From assembly GCA_000004985.1 (NCBI GenBank), contig GG738904.1: 64,000 nt of DNA; one strand, 5' to 3'. Made by a program: the position numbers and the translations under genes. The notes beneath the pieces are model-generated. The model searched no databases. It was not told the DNA's origin and saw only the letters and a list, made by a program, of their open reading frames with translations. Shown here one piece after another: positions 42,442 to 53,793 of the stretch; position 1 is the first letter of the stretch; every line of letters begins with the position of its first letter. The DNA comes from Naegleria gruberi (lineage: Eukaryota).

Positions 42442-45400
42442 ATGGAACATTTACTCGTGTTGACTACTGTTGAAAGAATTGGTGATTCTCTTCCAAGTAC
42501 ACCTTCATCACAAAGAAGAAAGGGTTTCAATTTGAAGGGTTATATTAAAACACTCAATGAATTGATTGTTTTGCCAAATATTGACTTACACAAAGTGGTT
42601 CAACCTCTCGTTGATCTCTACGATAATGTCTCTAAAGTAAGTAGTTTTTCAGAAGGCTGTAGTGGTTTATTAACGCTACATGGTTTTTTTGTTGCAAATT
42701 TCATTATCATCATGTTTGGCGCCACAATTTTGTATCTTCCAATGACACAATTTTTCAACAATAACAACAACAAAACAAAATGATGATCAACTAATAATAT
42801 CATCATCATGCTGGTTATTATGTTGATATTTATCTAACAAAAACAAATTATCATATATAGACCACAATCAATGCTACATTAAAACCTTCTGAGAAAAGAA
42901 CAAAATTAGAGTTGATCAACAAATCAAAACTCATCATTCTCAATCTATTATCGGATTATATAAATTTTGCCATCGAAAATAAGGAAGTAAGTATGAATTA
43001 TTGTGAGGTTCATCAATATGAATTTGTTATTATTATTATTAATAATATATTTAATAGCTTGTTTTGCCAAATCATCACTTGAACAATTTGTTCTGTCAAT
43101 TTGATAATGATGATCTCTTGTTGGAAGAGAGACGTCAAGAACAAGATGAAGAAGAAGATGAAGATTTAGTTGCACTTGTTAAGGAACAATCAAAGAATGC
43201 TCATCAACCATCACAATCAGCTTCAACAATTACAGAAAGTACAAATGAAGGTAACGAATCTCCAAGTATTAAAAATGGATCTCTCAATCAGATCAGTGAT
43301 TTCGAATATGGGCATGAAAGAGGTAGATCACCAAGTGGCTTGGGAGCATCTCTTGATTATTTAAATGCTTACAAGCAAAGAAAACAAAAGAAATCTTCAT
43401 CAAAATCACAAAGAAACTTTAATGTAAAGAGAAGTGCTGCCACTTTTACTCAACCAAAAGAATTGGACGAAGCAACAGCTCTCAACATTATTCAATTAGT
43501 TTCCACTAGATTATTATTACAACATGATATGTTCTATGATGCCACACAAGAAGAAATCCAAAAAACAGCAGTTAATAATTATCTTGAACAACAAATTTCC
43601 TATAGATGTATGGAGATACTATTCAAAATAAGTGTTTGTAAACCAGATACTGTTTTCAAGACTATTGTTGGTGATTCATTACCTACATCACTTAATAATA
43701 ACTGTATGGATATCAGTTTTAATACTGATCTTCAATCTGACAAACTTCCTTTCTCTTCCTCTCTTTCACATTTCAAACTGATCGAATATGTAAATTGGAC
43801 AGTTGGTAATTTAGAAAAACTCTTAAAGGCAGTCAATGAAAACATGAAAGGTTTTACCAAATATTTGGAAGTCTTAACACCTCCTTTAAGATTAGCTATA
43901 TGGAACTTTATTACAAACTATAATAATGAATTTGTTGATATCATTAAGAATCCAAATGCTTCAATTGTTAATACAGCTAGAGAAACATTTGATAATATTT
44001 ATAAACAAACAGGAAAGAAACAAAAAAACAAGACATGGCCAGCACTTGCCACTTTATGCGTTTTGACTGCAGATGATCTTCTAAAGTGTGTAAAGGCAGG
44101 TAATGGTAAAAAGTTTGGTGGCAGTGAAAATATGACAACATTTATTCACAAAGATCTCTTAAAAGCAATGGAAGATAAGGATAAGTCTCTTATTTTACCT
44201 CCATTGATTGACATTTATAGAGCTGTATCATATGCACCATCAGATGTAGAAACAGCCTTTGCTGTTCTTTCTCTTTTGGTGGAAGAAAAATTCCTTTCCA
44301 TTTTTGTACCAGAACCAACAACAGGAAAAGTTTCTAAATGCTATAGTCCAGAAGAGTTGAATGAACTCGAAATGTGGACATTTTATGTAACAACACTTTA
44401 TAGAAGAAGCCCAGAAAAATGCAAAAAACAACTAATGATACCAATAATGGCAGATGGTACTTTAGAGCAAAAACAAACAGTTGCCAAAGTACTTCTTTTC
44501 CTTCTTACTGATAGATCTTCTCAATTTACCTACAATAGAAAGTTAGAAGTAGACTTTAAAGTACTTGCTTCATCTCTTCGTGAATTTTTCATTTCGACTA
44601 CAGATCAATTCAAAGGTAAAGCAAGAGAAACTGGTGATGATAATACTCCAACATTAGCACCAAGTGCATCCTTTAGAACACCAAAGAAAGGCTTTGCAGC
44701 TCTTTTAAGAGAGAAAGTAGGTGGTAAGGACAGTAGTAATTCTCCTACTGGATTGGGATCATTCGCAGGTCAACCAAACTTTAAAATGTTTGATACTGTT
44801 AACACAATTCTTCACGTTTTTTGTGCTGATCCAAGGTTTTTCCTTACAAAGTCAAACGAATCCGATCAAAATATCAATAATTTTGCCTATTTGGCTGACT
44901 TCTTTGTGCTAAATTCTGACCCAATTGTACAAGATCAAATAACTAGACTTTTCCAAAAGCTTTTCTTAGAACAATATATTAAGAACTGGGGAGATGATTT
45001 ATTTGTTGGATTCAGTACTATCTCAACAAGAGTTTTGTCAAGACTATCACCTGCTCTTTTCCTTCTTAATGAATTGGAACAATTGCAAGCAACAAAGACC
45101 TTACTTTTCCTTTTGAGAAACATTACCTATTGTGCTAAGAAATTCTATATTGCTAACAGAGACACTTATTTACTTTTGGAACACATTAGAACTAACCCTG
45201 ACAGAATTAATACTCTTGAAGTTTTATGTAGTAACTTATTGGTATGCCTTTGCTCAACTGATAAGGAGATTTGGCAGTCTACTACAAGATGTTTGAGAGA
45301 TGTTTGTGACCAAATTGAAATTTTGAATAATCACAACATTAAGAAGTTGAATTACAATTTTTACAGACAATTGGCAAGCATTGACTTGAATGGTAAATTT

Positions 45401-48400
45401 TACAATGAAAGAAAGTCACAAATCCAACTTTTCAAGAGAGTTGAAACTCAAACACCATCCATTTTGAAAGCCTTTGGTGAGGTTTATAACAGATGGAAGG
45501 AACTTCTTGATCAACTCAAGAGTGAAGATTCTGCTTCAAATATTACCTTGAGAGATTTGTTCCCTAATTACACCTCTTTGCTATGTGCTCTCGGTGGTGT
45601 ATGCATTCAAGATACAAAGGATGAAGATTCAAGCTTTGTTCTTGATTTCTTAAAGCCAGAGGCAACAAGTGCCAATAATGTTGACAGTTATATGGATGAC
45701 TTGATGAAACAAGTTATTTCAGACGATGTCAATGTCAGACAAATGGTAACCATCTCTGTTTCTACTGATTTATCACCAAGTCTTTTCACTAAATTGTTCA
45801 CTGCCATGAAGGCTTCAGTTCAAGAACAATTCGGACAAACATTTGTTATTAGTCAAAAGAATAACTTACTTGTTGATCAATATCTTCACATTCTCAAGAC
45901 AATTGTTGAAAATCCAGATACTAATACTGATCTTTCTCTTGCTCAAGAAATTGATTCCATTACTGATCTCTTTGCTAACTATTGTACACACAGCGAATTT
46001 GATAACAAGGATGTCCTTGAGTTGAAGAAGAAATTATGTCAATTCCTTGAAGTTTTGATGAGCAAAGTTGAATACTTGACTTTCAAGAACATTGAAGAAC
46101 AAAAGTTGAGAAGAACAATCATTGGTCACGTTATGGAATGGACAACTGATTCTGTCTTTAAAGAAAAGACATCAACCGGAGCAAGTGTATCAACTCCTCG
46201 TGTTGCTTCTGAGGCTCCTCTTCTAGAAAACAATTCCCAAGTTTCAACTGAAGTCAAGAAACTCTACACCGATCTTGATTTGTTGTGCATGAAGGCATGT
46301 ACTTCCCTTATCAATGGTATGGTTATTGCAAACGATGAAAAAGGAAGAGAAGAATATTCAAAATACTTTGCTTTCTTATTGAGATTCCTTGAAAAGGCTA
46401 AAGACAGTACTTTTACAGCTACAATTTACAAGGCCTTCTCTAGATTATTGCAAACAAACGTCAGTTTTGGTCTTGAGTATTACATGTCAAAGGTCTACGA
46501 TAATAATAACACTATTAGATCAACATTCTTGGGATTGCTATCTGAATTGATCAAGAAGGGACTTTTGGTTGAAGAAGAAGAAAAAAATAAGCAAGACAGA
46601 GTTTCTATTTCTGAATACCAAGAAATTATCAACAAACTTGTCTTTACCAATAGAAAGAGAGCTCTTTTTGCACTTTTTGATAAGTGCAAGAATCCAGAAA
46701 AAGATGATTTGTGTGAAGCTGTTATTAGAGTTTATCAATCAAAGGGTGAAATTGATAAGAATTTATTAGATTTGTTCCGTCAAAGTGTTACCAGAGAAGT
46801 TGCAACCACACCAAAATCACAACCTGAAACTCTTTTCAGAGCTAACTCAACCTCTACTAAACTCTTAAAGAAGTACTGTTTGAGAGTCAGTAACCCATAC
46901 TTGACAACTGTTATTGGTGGGTTCATCGATACTATGTGTACTAAGCCAACCAAATTTGAAATCGATCCACTGAAGGCTCAACAAAGAGGAGAAAGCGTTG
47001 AAGAAAACGTTGAAAATATTCTTGAAGTATTACAAGAATTTATTGACTGCCTCTGTGATTCAGTCCAACAAACACCTTACACCTTCAGAATGTATTGCAG
47101 ATATTTGTACGAAGAAGTTGGTAAGAAATTCACTAAACCAGATGATGACAATGATGAACAATTTGACTTTAAATATATTGCAGTTGGTGGTTTCTTAATT
47201 TTGAGATTGATTTGTCCAGCCATCACTTCTCCACATTTGTATGGTTTGTCAGGAAGTGATATTCCTGCTGACTCTAGACGTTATGCAATCATTCTTACAA
47301 AGTTGGTTCAAAACTTGGCAAACGGTATTGTTGACTCCAAGAAGGAAGAATTCATGAAGAATTTTGTTGATATTATTAGACTTAATCTTAACAAGATTCA
47401 AACCTATTTTGAAAAGATTGCTGCTCCAATAGTTGAAAATGAAGAAGTTTTGAGAATTGAAGAAACAGTCACTGAAGATGAATTGAAGGAAGCATATGAA
47501 GTTCTCTATAGATTCTTCTATAACTATGCTGATACATTGAGAGAAGAATTAAGTTCACTCTATGATGATATTGAAGATGAGGAAAAGGAAGTATTGGAAG
47601 AAGTTGATATCAATGAAAAGCCATCCTCTAAACAAAACGGTAAATCTCTCAATGATCTCTTAGAAAAGGCTATTGAACAATTTGGTAAACCAGCTGAAGA
47701 AGAAAAAACAGGAAGAAGACTTTCTGTAAAGCTTAGCAAGGATGATGAGTTCTCCAATCCATTACTTAAGGAATTGCTCAGAAAGAATGAAAAGAAAGAT
47801 ACCTCAAAGATTGCTGAAATGAAATTCTTCTCTATCAGTGAACACAAGAATGCTAAGAATCAACGTATAGTTTATTTCATTCCTTACAATTTGGATTTGA
47901 CTAGATTCTCTCTTGATTTATACTTGTACTATGTTCTCAAGAGTATGGAAACCATTTGGAAGGAACCTTATATCATTGTTGTAGATTCTACCTTCTTGAC
48001 AAAGAAATTTGATATTCGTTTGTCTGTATTTATTCAACTTTCCAAACACATTCCACAAGGTGCAAAGAAGAATCTTCAAGAAATTTACTTGGTTAACCCA
48101 AATACATTCTTCAACAAGACCACTAAGAAGCTTGTCTCCATGTTAAGTCATAATCGTTGGAAGGTCATTACTACCAGCTCTTTGCCAGCTGTCACTGACC
48201 AAAAATCAAAGACTCCAACCTCAAAGGATCCATTAGAACTTGTCAAACCTGAACATTCTATGCTTCCATCTCTCACTCAACAATTGTATGAAAAGAGTGA
48301 AATAATATATAATACTGAAGTTGTTCTTGCTTCTCATACAACTGATTGTGAAATTAGACTCTTTGATCAATACATGTTTATTGTTATCAAGGGAGAAAAG

Positions 48401-51337
48401 TTTATTAATAACAAGGTACCAGCAGATTGTTTGGAACATGTCAATGTAACAAAGATTGCCAATATTGCTGTAAAGAAGTCATTGTTTGGTAAATCAAGCA
48501 AGGCCACTAAAGATTTTGTTGTCAAGTATATTGATGATGAAGATGCTGAAGCAGCCTACAACTTTAGAGCTCAAACCATTGAAGAAAGAGACCAAATTAT
48601 GCAAGGTATTAGAAACTATGTTGAAAGAAAATCAAGAGGAACAAAGACTGGAAAATCTCTTGAACGTGAATTTAAGAGACTTAAACTTCAAGATGTACCA
48701 GGTCAACTCCTTGCTATTTCATTCTTCAATCTCGATTCTAAACACACTCCAATTAGAGCTAGTGCTTATTCGTTACTTGCTTCTATCTTTGAACAAGTCA
48801 AGATTTCTTCTCATGGTTTGATTTTAGAAAGTGATGCTGCTTATGTTCCAAGAAATACTGAAAATACTGTTTTGAGAATTAGTGAATACGTTGCCAGAAA
48901 TAAGCCTGAACTCACTTTAGAATTCATTTGTGAAGCTCTCAATGCCTTCAAGACAATCCAAGGAAATAAGTCCAAGTTGAAGTTTGCATCCTTCATCCTC
49001 CCATGGCTCGATAACTTGTCAAGATTTGAAATTTCTACTAGTGTTGATGAAGTTGATGAAAAGACCGAAACAATTAAGAATTGGTTCGAAAACTTTACCA
49101 AACTCTGTATTGCCAATGAAGAAATCTATCCAAAATTACAAAATGTTTGGAAGCACGTCTGTAAACTCTCTTTGCCACTCATTAGAATTGCTATTGAGAG
49201 TGTTATCAAACAAGGTACAACAAGTGAAATGCTCATGAATGGAGAACAATCTATTATTGGCGATATTTTAGGAACTATTTTGTTGCACTCACCTCTTCAA
49301 TGGAATGTGGCTCAATTTATCATTAACAAGATTGTTGAACCACTCATGACAGAGGAATTGAATATTGACCTTTTGAACAAAGCAACAGTTAAAGAGTTGG
49401 TGAAATCAAAAGATATTCTAGGCAAGATTCCAGTTTACATGTCTTATCTCCTTATGTTGTCTTTTAATAGTCAAATCAATTTGTTAGAGAATTTGCCATA
49501 CGTACTCTTTATTATTTCTCTCTTCTTGGGTGTTGGTTCAGATACCTACTTGAGATCAATTGTTTATGGTATTTGTTGTAACTGTGTTCACTCCCTTGTT
49601 TTGGAATTGCCAGCATGTGAACAATTTGAGCATGTAAGAGCCAAATTGCAAAAGCTTCATTTGAGAGTTCTTGAAAAGGACATCAAGTCAAGTTTCATGG
49701 GTGGTGAACATGAACCACAACCTTTTGCCTCATACTCTGATTTTGTCAATAAGGTTTCACAAGGAAAGGTAACATTCGATGAAACTACCATGTACAAGTA
49801 TGAAGATATCATGAGATACTTTAAGGAAATCATTGAATGCTTTGACTTTAGTTACGATAGCCTTATTCAAGCTAGGGGTAAGACTTTGAAATCTCAATTT
49901 GGTTCTACCATTATAACCTCATCCAAGGCAACTCATAGTGTTATTGAAGAATCATCTGAAAATTCCAAGGATATGGATGAAGATGGTACAGAAAATGATA
50001 TGACAGAAGGAGAAGTTGATGATGAGCATAACGGTTCTAATCCAAGCACTAGCACCTCAGATATCGTTAAATCTGGCAGTGATACCATCAAGAGTGTTTG
50101 GTTGAAGATCTTTACCAACTTATGTAAGGATACCATGAAGACAGCCAATCTCTTATTGTTCCCTAAATCTTTAATCTCATTCAGTATTATTTCCACCTCA
50201 GAACAATCATATGATATGATTCCATTTGTTCTTAACTTTATTGGTAAGCGTGGTGTTGAAACTCTCTCCGAAAATGAGCTAATGTTGTCTGTTCTATTGT
50301 CAATTAACCAATTCTGTATTAATATGGTTGTTGAAAAGGATAGAATTGAAACTTTGAGAAAGATTATTATCTTTGGATTCTTCTTGTTGACCATTGCCAA
50401 CACAAAGATTTATTCTGCTGTAACCAAGTTGCTCAGTACAGTTTTTGCCATTCTTTTTGAAGCTAGAGATATTCATGACGGTTTCTTGTCTATTGGTGAT
50501 TACTTTAATCAAGTTTTCAGATCTGACTACTCCAAGTACCTATCCATCACTAAAGAATTTGAAGAAACTGTTGGACTTTCATTTGGCCAACACTTCTCAT
50601 TCACCGTTTCTCTTCTTCTCATGAAGGGACTTGCTATTGATGACTCCACCATTAGAAAGGCAACTATTTCTCTCCTCAAACAAATCCTCTCTATCAGTTA
50701 CAAACTCAAGTTTGAACCACAAAACCAACTAGGCTTTATTGCTGCTTTAATTCCATTCGATAAGCAGTACAACTCTGTATTATATAGTGAACAACTCTAT
50801 TCTGAAAGCATGTTCACTAAGGAAACTGTTTTCCTCTTCCAAAAGTACCTCTTTAGCATTACTGCATCCAACATTGATCTTGATAGCTGTGCTTCTGTTT
50901 ATAGATCACTTGCAAGAGGTTTTGAAGCCATTCCTGATACTTTTGCAGATGTTTTCCAAGATCACCACAGTATGTCTCAAGTCATTAAGGTATACACCTC
51001 CTCTCAAGATGATACTATCATTGAACATAGTTTGAATCTTTTCAAGATTATGAGTAATAATGCCAAATCAAAGAAACTTCAAGTTAAGGAACCATTTGCT
51101 GATTATGGATTCAAAGGTTTCCGTGATCAAACTACATTCCAAACCACTAAGGATGACTTGAAGAAGAAATGTCAAAAGACTTTGATTACATTCTTAACTG
51201 AAAACTTTAATGAACAAGAATATCCATCCATGGATTCTGTAATTATTTCCAAGACTGGTATGAAGAAATCATTCCTTAAAGCCGCCTCTTCAAGTCCAGT
51301 TGTAAGACAAGCATCAGGAACAAACTTTAAGAAATAA
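42442..51337 (+). CDS. NF1: Neurofibromin (NF1)-like RasGAP with RasGAP and Sec14/CRAL-TRIO-like regions; 3 exons (42442..42636, a short exon ending at 42986 whose 3' splice site is unresolved (42912 is one in-frame candidate), 43058..51337)
   Basis: RasGAP arginine-finger block TLFRANSTSTKLLKKYC (NF1 has TLFRGNSLASKIM) and the FLR-PAI motif GGFLILRLICPAITSP. The N-terminal exon pattern KLIILNLLSDYINF resembles NF1 QLIILDTLEKCL. The last exon is a 2757-aa ORF. Intron 2 is 72 nt (GTAAGTATGA...TTTAATAG); intron 1 is about 220-275 nt. Confidence 0.85.
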
Positions 51338-51408
51338 AATTTTTATCATAATTCTTTGAATTCAAGAACAATATTTTTGCAATGTTATACATATCTCCTT
51401 ACTAAATA

Positions 51409-52112
51409 TTGATATATTATCTTAAGCACAAATATTATTCATTAGAATATTATTTATTTAAAAAAATGTCAAAACCAACTTTGAATATTTGCCTGTTGGG
51501 AAATGTTGATTGTGGAAAATCAACACTGACAGGAAAATTATTAGAAGTTATCGGAGGTGATTCTTCCTATTCTGAAAAGATTAAAAAATCAACTAGTAAG
51601 AATTTTGTCGAGTCAAAAAATCATTTCTTGAATTTAATGGATGTTTGGGGTATGTGGAATTAATTGTGATTAAAATTGAAAAGTATTGATTTAAAGTGGA
51701 TCAATACCTCCTGCTGGAAGTAGCAAAGGTATTTGAGGAAGATTCGAACAAGGGTATTAGAAATATAGTGATAATTGTATTGGATGCCTCGTCAGGTGGA
51801 TATGAGGCCGGCCTTAGTCAACTAAAACATCTCTTGCTATTTTTGAAAACTCTGGAAGGTATTATGCATAACAAACAATTTATATTTTGTGTGAATAAGA
51901 TGGATCACTCAAGTGTTAATTATTCTGAATTGAGATTTAAAGAAATTGTCAATGAAGTATCTAGAATGGTCACTCGGCTTGGATTCTCACAACCACCACC
52001 ACAATTCATTCCAATATCCTCACTGAAATGCGAAAATATTTTAGAAAATTGTGAAAACATGAGTTGGAATGCAAGTCAACCTTCACTACTGGATGTTATA
52101 AACTCATTGTAG
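51409..52112 (+). CDS. eEF1A/EF-Tu-like GTPase G-domain-only protein (~220 aa) with partly degenerate motifs; 2 exons (51409..51649, 51697..52112)
   Basis: G1 GNVDCGKST and G4 FCVNKMD are present, with eEF1A-like blocks (RFKEIVNEVS; IPISSLKCENILENCENMSW versus eEF1A [20 protein letters not shown]). No RGITI-type G2 motif and no domains II/III. A 47-nt intron GTATGTGG...TTTAAAG (51650..51696) joins the two ORFs in frame. Confidence 0.55.
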
Positions 52113-52125
52113 CAAAAATCTTTCA

Positions 52126-52196
52126 TGTTCCTGCCAGGAATTGAACCCCGGACTTTCTAAAATGGTCCGTTGTAAAATTCTACAGTTTTCAAAATA
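52126..52196 (-). other. tRNA-like fragment: a B-box/T-arm-like GGTTCAATTCC and an anticodon-like stem, but no canonical D-arm or acceptor pairing
   Basis: The minus strand reads ...ACGGACCATTTTAGAAAGTCCGGGGTTCAATTCCTGGCAGGAACA. There is no A-box, the acceptor stem cannot be paired, and the anticodon loop would be 11 nt. It is probably a tRNA pseudogene or tRNA-derived remnant, not a functional tRNA. Confidence 0.2.
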
Positions 52197-52310
52197 AATC
52201 AAGAGTATACATTTTTCGCAAAGTTTAATCTCTTGATAGTTAGTAATCTGAAAGGGAATCTTCACCTATTTATCTCTCAGTTTTCATAAAGAAAAATATA
52301 TAAAACAAAA

Positions 52311-53073
52311 TGATAATCAGCTGAGGATAGATTTGATCTTTTCAATGACATTTTTTCTATTGCCACATCAACTGTTGAAAATATTGATTCCTCTTTAATG
52401 TTTGAAATGCTTCTTGCTTTGAAGAATGATGACACTAGTATTTTGTGGGAAAATATGTATCAATCCATTCTCAAACTTCATCAATTGTTGGCCGCCGAAA
52501 GTGTTTCAAACTCATTCTCTAGAATGGTAAAAGATTTGGTTAAAAACAAGTATGAATCAATTGGATGGACCAATGTACCAGGAGCAGATGAAGATGAGGA
52601 AAATCTTGATGAATTACGTCCATCTCAATTTGGCCTGTCGTTTTGGTCTCACTGAATGTGTCACTGAAGCCTTTAAACGTTATCAAGAAAGAAACTCAAC
52701 CATTATTCCTCCAATTCTTCGTAATGCTGTTTATAGAGCTGTTGTTTCTAATGGTGGAGAACGTGAATATTATCAAATTTTGAATCAATTCAAAGCTGAG
52801 CAAGATTCTGTGGAAAGAACCAAGTTAGTGTATGCAAGATTCCACTCTTGCAAACGACCTTGGATTTGGCCCTTTCTCCACCATGTTAAGCCACAAGATA
52901 GTATCTTCCTTATTAGAGAAGTTGCAAGAAATGTACCAAGTGGACCAAACGTTGCTTTTGTCAGAACTAGATATGATGCCATTCTCTCAAAATGTGGACA
53001 AGATCAAGTCAGTAATAGATTATCATATGGGGTTGGTTCTCTATTCACTAATATCTTTGAAAGGGATGAATAG
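52311..53073 (+). pseudogene. Remnant of an M1-family (aminopeptidase N/ERAP1-like) aminopeptidase: C-terminal helical domain only, with a +1 frameshift near 52620-52635
   Basis: ...LACRFGLTECVTEAFKRYQERNSTIIPPILRNAVYRAVVSNGGEREYYQILNQFKAEQDSVERTKL aligns with aminopeptidase N [63 protein letters not shown]. The upstream frame (52311..52655) matches the preceding part of the same domain but lies in a different frame. No catalytic HEXXH or GAMEN domain is present anywhere upstream. Confidence 0.55.
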
Positions 53074-53103
53074 ATTCAATATTTTGCTCCAAATATTGAA
53101 AAA

Positions 53104-53688
53104 TTGAGCATGAAGCATTATTATATTAGTGGAATGAAACAATTAACATTACTTAATATTGGGAACAATCAAATTGGTGTAGAAGGATCCAAATTCATAC
53201 ATGAAATGAAACAATTAACATCACTTGATATATATTATAATGAAATTGGTGTAGAGGGATCCAAATTCATAAGTGATATGAAACAATTAACATCACTTAA
53301 TATTAATTACAATCGAATTGGTGATGAAGGAGCCAAATTTATAAGTGAAATGAAACAATTAACATCACTTGATATTTATAACAATGAAATTGGTGTTGAA
53401 GGAGTCAAATCAATAAGTGAAATGAAACAATTAACATCACTTAATATCAGTGGAAATCAAAGTGGTGCCGAAGGAGTCAAATTAATAAGTGAAATGAAAC
53501 AATTAACATCACTTAGTATTAATTACAATCGAATTGGTGATGAAGGAGTCAAATTAATAAGTAAAATGAAACAATTAGCATCACTTGATATTAGTGGAAA
53601 TGGAATTGGTGATGAGGGAGCCAAATTAATAAGTGAAATGAAACAATTAAAATCGCTTAGTATTCATAACCAACAGATGTTTAAGTAA
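53104..53688 (+). CDS. LRR-only protein or gene fragment: 8 near-identical 24-aa RNI-type leucine-rich repeats encoded by a 72-bp nucleotide tandem array
   Basis: Units of type EMKQLTSLDIYNNEIGVEGVKSIS repeat with high nucleotide identity. There is no F-box, unlike the paralog at 25143..26354. It may be a truncated or recently expanded copy. Confidence 0.5.
   Translation: MSMKHYYISGMKQLTLLNIGNNQIGVEGSKFIHEMKQLTSLDIYYNEIGVEGSKFISDMKQLTSLNINYNRIGDEGAKFISEMKQLTSLDIYNNEIGVEGVKSISEMKQLTSLNISGNQSGAEGVKLISEMKQLTSLSINYNRIGDEGVKLISKMKQLASLDISGNGIGDEGAKLISEMKQLKSLSIHNQQMFK
53131..53660 (+). repeat. 72-bp-period tandem repeat array (about 7-8 units) forming the LRR coding sequence
   Basis: High nucleotide identity between units (GAAATGAAACAATTAACATCACTTGATAT...). 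Confidence 0.7.
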
Positions 53689-53793
53689 AATCCAAAAAAA
53701 AGGATTTGGCCAGACTCTGCCTCACACTCATTATAATAACTGTTAAGATTCTACTCTTTTTTTTTACTTAATGTATCTAAATCTCTGCCCATT

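Noticed and set aside
52126-52196. Functional tRNA gene on the minus strand
   Set aside because: Only the B-box/T-arm (GGTTCAATTCC) and one 5-bp stem are recognisable. There is no A-box or D-arm, the acceptor stem cannot be paired, and the putative anticodon loop is 11 nt. It is best treated as a degenerate tRNA-derived fragment.
52832-53107. ORF 52832..53107 (alternate frame across the aminopeptidase remnant) as a gene or as an F-box for the downstream LRR array
   Set aside because: There is no F-box signature. The region's best-supported reading is the M1-peptidase C-terminal frame.
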